A model generated the notes under the pieces. That model made no database searches and had not been told where the DNA came from. It saw only the letters and a program-made list of their open reading frames with translations. A stretch of DNA of 64,000 nucleotides, from NCBI GenBank assembly GCA_043228905.1, contig JBHGNT010000005.1, positions 13,764,001-13,828,000 of the forward strand, read 5' to 3'. This DNA is from Azolla caroliniana. Its lineage: Eukaryota > Plantae > Polypodiophyta. Both the position numbers and the translations under genes were made by a program. Positions 38,771 through 51,332 of the stretch are shown here, piece after piece. How positions within the stretch are numbered: position 1 is the stretch's first letter; the number at the start of each line of letters is the position of its first letter.

Positions 38771-40570
38771 GTGTTACGGGCATGACCATATAATATCCCG
38801 TGGTAAGAATTTACCGTAGTATTCTATACACGTGGATAAGTGTGAGGGTTAAATGAGAGTGTAAAGAAGGGGAGGATTACTTTTAATCCTCGGGATTGAG
38901 ACAACCCATTAGGTCAAGTGTGAACTTGCCTGGGGACCTTGGGTTTCGCTATAAATAAGAGGCCTAGCTACCCTCATTTGAGGATCTTTTGACTACATCG
39001 AGACTCTGCTCGTGTGGTGGGTCAACTCTTGTAGCGAGCGCGCCAGCACCAGGTACGACTCGACGCCACGGCGGTGGTATGGGACGCCGATCAAGGCTCG
39101 AGTCCGTCTCGATCCCTTCGCTCGGGGGTGGTCGGGTGGATCGGCACCCTTCTTTCTCTTTCTCCTTTCTATCTTTCATTTCTTTATCCTTATCTTAAGC
39201 TTACTTTAGTACCAAGATCTATAATATTGTGGCTCCCATTGTGAACTAGATGAGTATTGTTTGGCATACAATAACGTCGTGTTGTGGCTTGTAGAACTAT
39301 ATTATGAGGAAGACGTGCTCAATCCCACGGATAACACATATGGCATGCCCATGGGACAGTGACTTGCACGGGTGAACCAATGTGCCTTCAATAAACACGA
39401 ACATCGGTCCTTAGACCGGAACTCCCTCAGTCTTCTCCTATCGTGTTGGTCGAAACTTCATCGACCGGAACACGTATAACACGAACACAAACTCAAGGAC
39501 ACGAACCTCTCGTTCGGTCGGAACATCCGCAAACATAAAAACTTTGGTACTCTTTTTTTTGGCCATACAATGATGTTGTGTGTGTGTGTATCTGTTTTTC
39601 GTTAGTTTAATGTGAGTTGTGAGTTTATAAAATTTTGTGGCTGTCCTTCGCTTTTTTAAAATTTTAGTATCGGCCCTCACGTTTTTGAAATTCTCGTCAA
39701 TGCCCTTCACTTTATGAAATTCAATAGTTGCCCTTGAGTTTTTGAAATTATGTTGATGCCCTTCAATTTTAAAAATTCCATAAATTTCCCTCGTGATTTT
39801 GAAATTCTCTTGGTTGCCCTCGAGCTTTAGAAATTCGATTGCCTACTTCGACTTATTGAAATATTCTCCCGATGCCCTCTCTTTTTAATTTCTCTTTTCT
39901 TCTACTTTGTGTGTCTTTTCTTTTTCTTCTTTTATTTTTTTTCTTCTTCGTCTAGATTTGTACCTGCATCTGCATCTATCTCCATCTCCATCTCCATCTT
40001 CATCATTAGTTTTTCTCACATCTTTCTCCTGCATAACCTGTCTATTACTCGTGTCTTCTCCCCAATCTCTCCCTTGTTTTCTTTCTGGATACTTTTCTTT
40101 TTCACTGTCCCTGATCTCTTCATCTTTCTTCTGTTTCTTCCTCTTCTTCTGTGTCGTTTCTCTGTTTTCTGATGTTTGTCCGTCTCCATCTCCGTCTGTA
40201 ATTGCTTTGTCGCTGTCTGTTGGCCGTCACTATTCGTTGTTGGTTGTCCGGCCGCCACTATCTGGCCAATCGCCACCGCCACTCGGTCACTATTCGACCA
40301 TTGTTTGGCCGCCACTCGGCCACTATCGGGCCAATTGCCATCAGTCGGCTGCTGTTCGGCCACCAGTCTGCCATTGTCGCCCACTGTTCGGCCGATCACC
40401 ACGACTGGACCGCTATTCGGCCACCACTCGGCCGCTGTCAGCCACTGTTCGGCTGTTGTCTGGCCGCTGTCAGGCCAATCGTCACCACTCGGCCATGGAG
40501 AAGCATAGCAGAAGAATATGTTGAGGGTAAGTAAGAAGAACAGTCACCAATGGGGAAGCATAGCAGAAGA

Positions 40571-40605
40571 AGATGGTTGATGGTTGATGGTTGATGGTTG
40601 ATGGT
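40571..40605. repeat. (GATGGTT)n heptamer repeat
   Basis: About 5 tandem units. Confidence 0.9.
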
Positions 40606-42068
40606 AAGTAGGTACAACCTTGAATCAAGGACTCTTCTTTCTTCTTCTGTAGAAAACTAACAATCGTATTTCTTCCTTCTTTCGTCTTCCTTATTCCTTT
40701 TTGGTCTGTGAGCCTTCTCTTCTGTTTCTGTTGCTTCTGCTAGTGTTGTCTTCCTTAGTCATCAGATCATTGATACTGTTAGGCCATCCAATACTACTCT
40801 AATCGAACCTCAGACTAGATTTATCTACAGAAGATGACCTTGACCTAGTGGGAGCTTAATCGAGACATTATTTTCGCCAAAAGTAGAGTGAGTACAGTAA
40901 CTGCACACTGAAAAATCAATGGAGCTTCCACTCTTCTTCTTGTAATTATTTCTAGTCGGAAGGCGAATCATTGATGCCGGAGGTAATGGGATCTTCCAAT
41001 CAAGAAGAGGTTCCAATACTACTGTGATCGATCCTTCACATGTGATGGAAATGGTGATAGATTTTGCACACAATGTCTTCTTCTCCTTCTAGCTTCAATG
41101 TGTAATTCGTAGACTTCTTCTTAAAGGGGGTTAGGCCATAGGGTGTGCCAAGTGTTGACGGTCCTGACAAGTGTTTTCAGAATTTACCAACTTCAAATCT
41201 TGAAGACAATTCCAGATGAGGAATTAAAGGATATATTCCTCGAAGCAATTCGGGAACCTCTTCGAACAACTCTAGGAGTGTTTGATTTTCGAAATTAATC
41301 AACCGATCAGGTGATTGATAAGGCATTAGCTATGGATCGAACACACAAAAATAAGAATAGTATGAATATGTCCGCGCTCCATAACAATTTACCAACATTG
41401 GAAGAGCTCCGATTTCGGCAAGCAGTTCATTGCACGACTTGCCTCAAGACTGGACATTCGACAATGGAATGCAGTATCCGCACCCATTGTACGATATGTC
41501 ATTCTAAAGCTCATTCTCTCAAGCAATGTGAGTATAATCTGCTTAACAAAACAAGAACCTCAGTTCATCAAATTTATCCTGAAAATTCTTATCAGGAGAA
41601 CATGAATAATTCAACTAATCGATCACAAGAGGATGATCGTTATGATCGGCGGGATCGTAATGACAATTGAAGTAATGATAACGATCATGGCCGAGAGGAA
41701 TATCGGCGAAACGACAAAAATGATTCAAGACGAGATGAACATCAACCGAACGACTATCACCGTGATGATCGGATTAATCATGATAGAGATTATTCACCGC
41801 AAAGAGATAATGGTAACCGACAACCATATAGAGGAAGTCGTTATCAAGAAAACTAAAAGTCTTATAACTTTCGATGACAAGAGGATAATCGCTAAGGAAA
41901 TTGGCGGTTTTCAATGATAACAAGAAGCGGAAAGGGGTCTCGGCAATTAGAGCATGACACTAGGCAAAGAGAAAATTCTGATTCGCATGATAATCAGTGT
42001 CTTCAATATGAAAATTGTGAAGCAAGTAGTTCATCGGTACCGAATTGTTACATATGCCGAAAAGACGG

Positions 42069-43153
42069 TGTCGTGAAGATCCGTCTCTATGTGCGGATTG
42101 TGAGGCGGAACCGCCGGGGTTCTGGACCGGAAGGATTGAAGCACCCACTAGCTTTAGCGAGAAAGGATTTAAGATAGTTTGAGGGAGAGAGATTGAGATG
42201 GCGAAAGAGAGATAGAGAGTGAGAGAGATAAGAGTGAACTTTTAACTTTAGATTCGAGAGACAAGATATATCATCAATTGGAGAACGGATTTTTCTTCTT
42301 CTTAAATTCTTGAATCCCTAAAACATTACATACCTTTGATCTTTTTCATCCATCCTTTTATAGATGCTCCCATGCATATGATGCATGCGGGTACAAGACA
42401 TGCATGAAATGCATGTGATACATGTTTGCCATTTGGCGCTCATGCATCACATGTCACTCAATCAAGCTCTAATATGAGAATTTACATGTAAAAGTGTAAT
42501 GATAAGAAAAACATTTTTAAGAAAAAGTTATAGCCTAGTGGTAAGTCTATAGACTCTCAATGTGGAGGTGCAAGGATCAAGTCTTCACTTGCACTCTTTT
42601 TGAATATACACACACACACACACATATATGTTTATTATTATTAATGTATTTTTTTACAAGGCATTCCTTTGTCCGGTCATTGTCTTGTCGGCTCTATCGG
42701 TCGCGGTCGCCGGGTGATGTCGGATGCCGGATCCCGTCGGTCGCCGTCGTCGAATTCGTCCAAAACACATAGTTATATGCATTTGGCTACATCCATTCGT
42801 TAAGTCATATAACTTAACCTGTCTATGCTCCACACATAAACACAAAGATAAAGCTTTTGTTCTTCCTTATATATAGTGGGTTACTTATTTGTCCTGTCTA
42901 TGTGGGATATCACATATTTTTCTCTTCTTCTTTGCAAACTTCATACCCACATAACTTGACACTTAGATGTCCGTTTCCTACGTAGTAAAGCACATTTAGA
43001 TGCTCTTCAAGACATCCATCTTTTTGTACCAAGATATTAAAATTATTTAAAATAGTATCTTTACTATTATTGTTTATATTTCATGAGAGGAACCACGCTC
43101 GATTTCGTATGTTTCTTACAAGTTTCACATTATTGCTGAAAATCTTCACGACA
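42069..43153 (-). mobile_element. Gypsy solo LTR inside gag of I
   Basis: TGTCGTGAAGAT...ATCTTCACGACA 12-bp inverted ends; 4-bp TSD ACGG/TCGG restores CYICRKDGHYANQCP. Confidence 0.9.
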
Positions 43154-43889
43154 TCGGTCATTATGCGAATCAATGTCCGACACGGGAAATAGGGAAGACA
43201 CCAACCGTCAAGATTGTTGTACACGAAATTCAATAGGTGACCACTCAAAGAAAAGGAAAACAATCGGAGTGGGAAGTACAAGAAGTTGTTTAGAGAGCCG
43301 CTAAGGAATGGGTGGAAGAAGCTAATCAGAATAATGTCGCCAGAAAGATGCAGGATAATGCGATATCAATTAAGGATCAACCTGTTCCACAGTCAGAGAC
43401 ATTACCAGTGCACGAATATGAGGAAACTTGGAAGATTTTGGCGGATTGCCAAATCTCATTACCTTTGGCAGGATTACTAAAATCAGTACCCTGATTTACA
43501 GAAAAGGTGGCAACTCTTACGACACAAAAAGATGTAGAGCAAGTATCGGTTAACTATAGTCAACCAAACAATGGTCCGACAATCATGGATGAACAAAGTC
43601 ATTCAATAAAGGGCATAATTTGGGGTCAAGAAGTGGCCACAACTATTGTTGACGGTGGTTTAGGAGTCAATGTGATCAATAAAATCACATGTGATAACCT
43701 TGGAATTACCAAGTGAGATGCATGTCTTTTTTGGTTAAGGTTGGTTGACACAAGCACAGTTAGGCCACTCGGCTTAATTCGACAATTAGATGTCTTTTTA
43801 GGGGGGCACGCTTTTCAGATATCAGCAGTAGTGCTTCATTTGGATGCTCTAGGGGCATACCCACTTTACATGAAACGTACATTAAACTA

Positions 43890-45252
43890 ATAGATAAATA
43901 CAAAGAGTTCTCCGACATCTTTGATAAGGTGAAGGCCAATACATTGGCGGAGCATCGGCCATACGGTTGCCCTATCGATTTACAACCAGGGAAAGAACAT
44001 CCATGGGGCCCAAATTATAATCCCTCCCCTATAGAGCTAGAGACTTTGCAGGAATATATGGATGAAAATCTGGCAAACGGATTCATTCTGCATTCTATAT
44101 CCCCTGCTGGTGCACCTATCATCTTCGTTAAGAAAAAGAATGGGACTCTTCAGTTGGTCGTGGATTATCGAGGGCTAAACAAAGTGACTATCCGGAATAG
44201 ATATGCTCTACCGTTAATCCCGAATCTTTTGGGACGTCTTAGTGGAACAAAATATTTCACGAAGCTGGACCTTCGTGGTGCATATAATCTAGTTCGGATT
44301 CGTCCAGGGGATGAATGGAAGACTGCTTTTCACACTCGCTATGGACATTTTGAGTATACTGTGATGCCATTCGGTCTCATGAATGCACTTGCAATTTTCC
44401 AACATATGGCAAATGATATTTTTGGAGACTTTCTCGATATCTTCACTATAGTTTACATGGATGATATTTTAATCTACTTGAAGACCCAAGAGGAGCATGA
44501 TGAACATGTTCGTCAGGTACTACGTCCACTCTGAGAATGTGGTCTTTACGCAAAATTGGAAAAGTGTAGTTTCGGCTAGAATCAAGTGGAATTTTTGGGG
44601 TATGTTGTATCATTAGATGGTATTGCTATGGACCCCATGAAGGTGCAAGCAATTTTAGAGTGGTAGATGCCCATTTTAGTGCGCGATGTGCAATGTTTTC
44701 TCGGGTTTGCAAATTTTTATTGAAAATTTATTAAAGATTATTCCAAGGTCGTGCTTCCACTCACTCAACTCACACACAAAAATCAGCCATCTATATGGAG
44801 TTCCGATGCAGCCGAGGCATTTGAAAGCTTAAAATGAGTGTTTACAACGACACCTATCTTAGCACATGTCGAACCAACAAAACGCTTCATCCTTGAAGCC
44901 GATGCATCCAATTTTGCACTAGGGAGTGTCCTATCACAGATTGGAGATGATAGACAACTACACCCTGTTGCCTTTCATTCCCGAAAGTTTGAAGCTGCAG
45001 AGATCAACTACGAGATCCATGACAAAGAACTTCTTGCAATTGTGGATTCTTTTCAACAATGGCGACATGTTCTAGAAGGTTCTTCTTCGGAGATCATTGT
45101 TTACAACGATCATAAGAACTTGACATATTTCCAAAATGCTCGAGTCTTGAGTCGGCGACAAGCCCGGTGGCCGCAATTTTTGACTCACTTCAACTTTGTC
45201 CTTATTTATCGCCCCGGAATGCAACAAGGCAAAGCAGATGCTCTTTCTCGGT
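43890..45252 (+). pseudogene. Chromovirus-type (Tcn1-like) Gypsy RT-RNaseH fragment without LTRs
   Basis: [64 protein letters not shown]. Confidence 0.85.
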
Positions 45253-48200
45253 AAGGCAAAGTAGATGCGACAAGCGGCAACGGTAAGGCAAATTGAACCC
45301 TGGAGTAACCGGGAGGAGGAAGAAGAACGCTGACGGCGAGATGAGCATTACCGGCCGACGCAAGATATCCGGAACGACGACAGAAAGGACGCTCATAACC
45401 GAGACTGACAGGATAGCTACAGGGATTACAATGGTGAACGATATGGGCGATACAACCGGGATCACTCCCCCGGTTACAACCAACGGAGGGAGCATCAAGG
45501 CAATTATGAAAACCGACCCCGACAGGGTTACCAGAACAAAAAACGCTTTAACAAAAAATGGAACGCTAGAAAGGAGGACCGCCAGTGGCAGCCGGACAAG
45601 GGCACACCAAGTACCCAACTGGACCAAGGCCAAGCACCTAACCGACCACCAATAGGACCTCAATCGGGTACCGGAGCGAACGCCGAATCCAACAACACCC
45701 GGAAAGCGTACTGCTACTATTGCTGGCAAGAAGGACATTACAGTAATCAATGTCCGGTTAAAAGCTACAAGAAAAGACCAGCCGTAAATATGGTGGTAGC
45801 AGAAGTCGCCGACATACAACAAGTCACCACCAGGGCAAAAGGTAAAACAACGGAGTGGGAAAGATAGGAGGCAATCCGAAAGCAAGCCACCGAATGGGTG
45901 AAGAAGGAAAATGAGCGGAATGTGGCTGAGCTTGAACAACAAACGGAGAAACCGGAAGAGGCCACCGACACGATTCAGCCGAAAAACCCAACATGGCAAG
46001 CATTACAAGAATGTCAAATTACACTGCCATTGGGTCGGTTATTACAACTAATGCCCCAGTTTACGGAAGGGCTGAAATCAGGAATGACCATATCAATTCC
46101 GTTGTCGGCTCCTGCGTTCTTCTCAAATCTGGAAGAAGGGCCAGTTGTGGTTGACACGAACAGTCTGGCAATCACCGCCCTCGTCAAAGGACGAGAACTA
46201 CCATGGATGATTGTGAATGGAGGATCGGGCGTGAACATGATTAGTCTTCGGACTTGTAATACCCTAGGAATCCGGGAATGGGAGCCTTGCCCGTTTTGGC
46301 TCCGAATGGAGGATACAAGTTCGGTAAGATCTACCGGTTTGATATGGGATTTAGATGTAACTATCGGAGGACACACATTCCGCATTTCGGTAGTGGTTCT
46401 CCAGCTCAATGCGCAAGGGGCTTACCCACTATTGTTGGGCTGCCCATGGCTAAAAACGGCGCATATCAAACAAAACTGGTGGAAAAACATGATTACCTTC
46501 CGGCGAGGAAAAGCTAAAGTAAGGGTACCTACCCACCCTCGATCGAGTACCGGCAAGGAGCTGACACCGCTATATGCGGAAGGTGTAAACATGCTCAAGG
46601 GGCTTGTTGATGAGGAGGTCGACCAATACTTAGAAGAAAACCCAAAAATTGTACCCCTATTTGAAATCGATGTGGCAGAAGCGGTGTCACCATATATAGC
46701 ACAGGAAGCTTTGGAGAGGGAGATTGCGATATCCCAACGTGTGAAAGCATCCCAGTTAGAGGAAGTGAACTTAGGAACCGGGGACGACGCTAGACTGGTT
46801 CATATTGCTAACGAAATGTCACCTGACAACAAGACGACAATGATCACTTTATTAAAGGAATTCCGGGATGTATTCGCCTAGTCCTATGAAGACATGTAGG
46901 GGCTGGATCCTCAATTGTATCAACACTAGATACACCTCAGTACGGATGCCAAACCAGTAGCACAACGGCGTTACCGAATGAACCCTAACTATGCGGCAAA
47001 GGTCAAAGAGGAAATTGACAAGTTGCTACGGGTCGGTTTTATCCGACCACAGTGAAAGAAGCTACATGGTTAAGTCCCATAGTTGTCGTGCCGAAAAAGA
47101 ACGGTAAGATACGGGTGTGCGTCGATTACCGGAAACTCAATGCGGCAACAGTGACCGACGCCTTTCCACTTCCATTTACAGATGGAGTGCTGGACGCGGT
47201 AGCCGGTCATGAAGTGTATAGCTTCCTAAACGGTTTCAGCGGCTACAATCAAATAAGGATGCACCCCGACGACCAAGGCAAGAAGACAATCGTCACCGAA
47301 TGGGGAGTTTTTGTCGCAGTGCTAATGATGTTCGGGCTGAAGACCGTGTCGACAAACTTGCAACGAATAATCATGGAAATATTTGGCGAGTTCATTCCGG
47401 CATTCATGCAGGTATTCCTGGATGACTTCGCCGTGTATAGACGAGAAGGAGAACATCTCCAACACCTCCGGCTATGTATTGAGAAATGAAGGAGTTATTG
47501 GTTAAGCCTGAATCCAACAAAGTGTGTGTTCGGAGTAACAAGCGGTGCATTGCTGGGCCATCTGGTCAGCAAGGACGAGATCGCGGTAGACCCCGATAAG
47601 GTCAAAGAAATCTTAGAAGCACCGGCACCATCCACAACCAAAGCTTTGAGTCAGTTTCTAGGGCAAATGTGGTGGCATAGCCGGATGCTCCGGTACTTGG
47701 CCGATCTTGCTACACCGTTGCATGCCGCGGTTCACCGGACACCGTTTCGATGGACAAATACGAGGATAAGGCTTACGGGGCACTGAAAGTACTGGTATCA
47801 CAAGCGCCGGTGGTGCAACCACCGGACTGGTCAAAAGAGTTCCACATATTCATCGATGCATCCGACATAGCAATCGGCATCTCACTAATGCAACTGACTT
47901 AATTGAAATGGTACCGACCGGTTTATTATGCTAGCTGGAAGCTATCCTAGGCGGAACGAAATTATTCAATGTAAAAGAATACGTTGTCTGGAAGCGTGTG
48001 CGTAAACACAGAGTACACAGTTCGGAGGAATAAGACATGTCAGTAATACACAGAAAACGTAGAGATGGAGATGGAGAGGGAGAGACGGAGAGAGAGAGTA
48101 GACAACAAAAAAACTCAGATTCAAAATAATGATACTCTGTTCTGTACATACTTCGTGCTCAGTGAGCACCTTATATACAAGACCTGACCATTGGGTTGAC

Positions 48201-51200
48201 ACAAGTACTGACAATACTTGACGCTCATGAATGAGCCGCTACACTCACTCCTAAAATTATTCCTTACGAGGAATATCTTTCTAATGGCCTTTCGGTTTAC
48301 GCATAGATACAGCCAGGTTGTGCGTACTATTTTACGCACCTAGTCTACGCACTGGGTTATGCACCATATACGCACTCAATGTTGAGCTTGTCACTCAACA
48401 CTCCCCCTCAAGCTCAACTTGAGGTTCCATCCGCTCTTCCGTATCTATGCTCCGGCTCCTTCTGGCTTCACGCCTTGCCCGTGCTCCTCGACCCATTCGA
48501 TTCCACGCGCCTCGACCCTTTCGGTCGGCTTGTTTGCTCACACGGCCCTTCTTAGCTTCCTTGTTGTTGTGGTGTTGGCGCCTCCTTCGCTGCCCTTTTC
48601 TCCGCATGGCCTTCAGTTGATTCAGCATATCCGAATCAAACATCCGAACCGACTCAGCTTCCTTCGATCGGTTTTCGTTTTCGTCCGAGTTGGCTGTCTC
48701 CAACTCGTCTTCGGTATTCTCTCCCTTAATGGCTTCATCTCCGCCATGCTTGGTTGGCTTCGGCTCTTTCCTACGCTTATGGCCCTTGCTTCCATCTTTG
48801 GCTTCTTCAGCCGGTTCGAAATCGAATTCCTCATCTGATTCCCCGTCATGATCGCTTCCATCGTGATGCTTACCTCTGCTCCTTTCACGCTCTTGTCCTT
48901 GTTCTTCCTTTTTCCCCCTCAAGTTCGGCGTGTCAAGGTGACGCAACCCAAACGCACCCGAGAAATGCCGTAACTTGTCGAGACCAAGAGGCTTGGTGAA
49001 GATGTTGGCAACCTGCCGATCCGTGGGAACATACGCTAGTTCGACTTCACCTGAAAGGACCCGCTCGCGGACCAAATGGTAATGCACCTTAATGTGCTTG
49101 GTCTGGGCGTGGAATACGGGGTTTTTCGTAAGGTGGATACTGCTAAGGTTGTCACAATGGATCGTCGTCGGATCAGACACCTCTACATGTAGATCCCATA
49201 ATAACCGTTTTAGCCAAATGACTTCACACGTAGCGATAGTCGCCCTCGATATTCGGCCTCCATGCTCAACAGTGCTACTGTCGGCTGCTTCTTGCTAGTG
49301 CATGCGATCACCGCACTTCCTAATGAGAATGCATATCCAGATTTGGATCGACGATCGTGGGTGTTTCCGGCCCAATCGACATCTGTGTAGCCGACTAACT
49401 ATTCGGCTATGTCTACCCGATATAGCAATGACATGTCTTTGGTGCCGCTGACGTATTGCAGTATCCGTTGTGCACACTGAAAGTGTTCGGCCATAGGCTA
49501 CAACATGAATTAACTCATTAAGCCGACCGAGTAGCTAAGATCTGGCCGAGTAATCGTCAAATAGATAAGGCTCCCGACAATTTGTCGGAACCGTGTTGGG
49601 TCGCACGCTTTGCCTGAATCTGGGCGAAGCTTTACGTTTCTATCCAGAGGGGTCGAGATGGGCTTACAGTTTGCCATCTCAAACTTGAAGAGCATATTCA
49701 GCGTATAACGACACTGGCTGATCAATATGCCTTTGGGGGTACGGATCACTTCGATCCCGAGGAAGTAATGAAGGTCTCCGAGATCCTTCATTTCAAACAA
49801 TGCCGCAAGCTGAGACTTCACGCGACGGATTTCGTCAAGGTCGGCATTGGTGATGACTAAATCATCAACGTACAAGAGCAGGCTGACCGGTCCATATTGT
49901 CCTTGCCGAACAAATAGAGAAGAGTCCGATTTCGACGGCGCAAACCCCATCCTATGCAACTGTTGCGTAATCTTTCCATTCCAAGCTCGCAAGGCCTTCT
50001 TAAGTCCGTACAATGACTTCTTCAGTTGGCAAACTACCGAGTTGTTTCGTTCGGATAGAAATCCGGGGGGCTGTATCATGTACACCTGCTCCTCAAGATC
50101 ACCTTGCAGGAACGCGTTCTTTACATCCATCTGATGTAAATGCCACCCCTTCGTTGCAGCTACCACAAGCAAAACACGGACGATCGTCATCTTTGCGACT
50201 GGCACAAACGTCTCATCGTAGTCAATGTCGTGTTGTTGCGCGTAGCCTTTTGCTACTAAATGGGCCTTGTAGCGGTTGACAGAGCCATCAGTATTGTATT
50301 TCACTTTAGACACCCATCTACATCCGATCAGCTTCACACCTTTCGGTGCGTCAACCAGGTCCCAGGTTTCATTTTCCGCCAATGCGTGCATCTCTTCCTC
50401 CATTGCGGCACGCCAGTTCACGTCTTTCGCCACTTCTGCGTAGCTCTCCGGCTCACGCACTTCCGCCACTCGCGTCACGTACGCGTAATGGTGCGCCATG
50501 TACTCATTATACCTGTATCTCTTTATGGGGTTCTTGAGGCGGGTAGATCGGTGTAATTCGTGATTACCCGATTTCGTGACCTTTTCGACCTCTTCTGTGG
50601 AGGTTCCTTCTCGTCTGGCTCGAGATCAGATTCGCTTCGAATTGACTCCGCACTACTGAAATCGTATTCTGGCGTCTTCTTCTTCCCCTTCTCCTTGTGC
50701 GTAAACCGTCTCCTCGGTTTTTTATGCAGGGATGGCACGACCGAGTCTCTACTACTCGCCGTCTCATCATCTGGTTGGCCATCTCGGCCCAACCCCTCAT
50801 TCGGCCCACTTAGTCGAAATGAGATCGGACTCTCTCTCAGAGCTCCGATGTCCTCATCATGCGGAGGGATCTTAGCCTCGCGGACTTCGTCTTCAGAAAT
50901 CGGAATGGAGTCATGAGGTTCTGGAGGAGAAGGCGAGTACCAGGAAGCGGACTCGTCAAATACGACATCGCGGCTTATGCGTACTTCCTTCGTTTGGGGT
51001 TTATAACATTTATACCCCTTTTGTTCGTCTGGATAGCCGACTAAGATGAACTTTTCGGCTTTAGCATTCAGTTTCCTACTTTTCTCCTTCTGCATGTGCA
51101 CATACGCGATGCTGCCGAAAATCCTCAAGTGTGCCAAGTTCGGCTTCTTCTCGAAGTACAACTCATGTGGTGACACTCCTCCATTAGTAGAAGTCCGATT

Positions 51201-51332
51201 TTGCAGGTAGGTAGCCGTCTTCTTGACTTCAGCCCAATAGAATTTCGGCATATGCTTCTCTTCAAGCATTGCCCTGACTACTTTTTCAATCGTCCAATTC
51301 TTCCTCTCGGCCATGTCGTTCTGCTGCAACGT

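Larger units (their letters stand above)
38772..43867 (+). mobile_element. Athila/Tat-like Gypsy element I, 5' part (LTR 38772-39336, PBS, long leader, gag, protease)
   Basis: TGTTA...TAACA; TGGCATGCCCATGGGAC at 39341 resembles the tRNA-Arg PBS of Tat/Ogre elements; tandem CCHC knuckles 41430-41530; third knuckle split at 42068/43154; IVDGGLGVNVI protease. Confidence 0.75.

Noticed and set aside
39907-40534. Overlapping ORFs of 87-205 aa
   Set aside because: Arise from CT-rich and GC-rich low-complexity repeats; no domain signal.
40571-40605. Interstitial telomere repeat
   Set aside because: GATGGTT differs from plant TTTAGGG; simple microsatellite.
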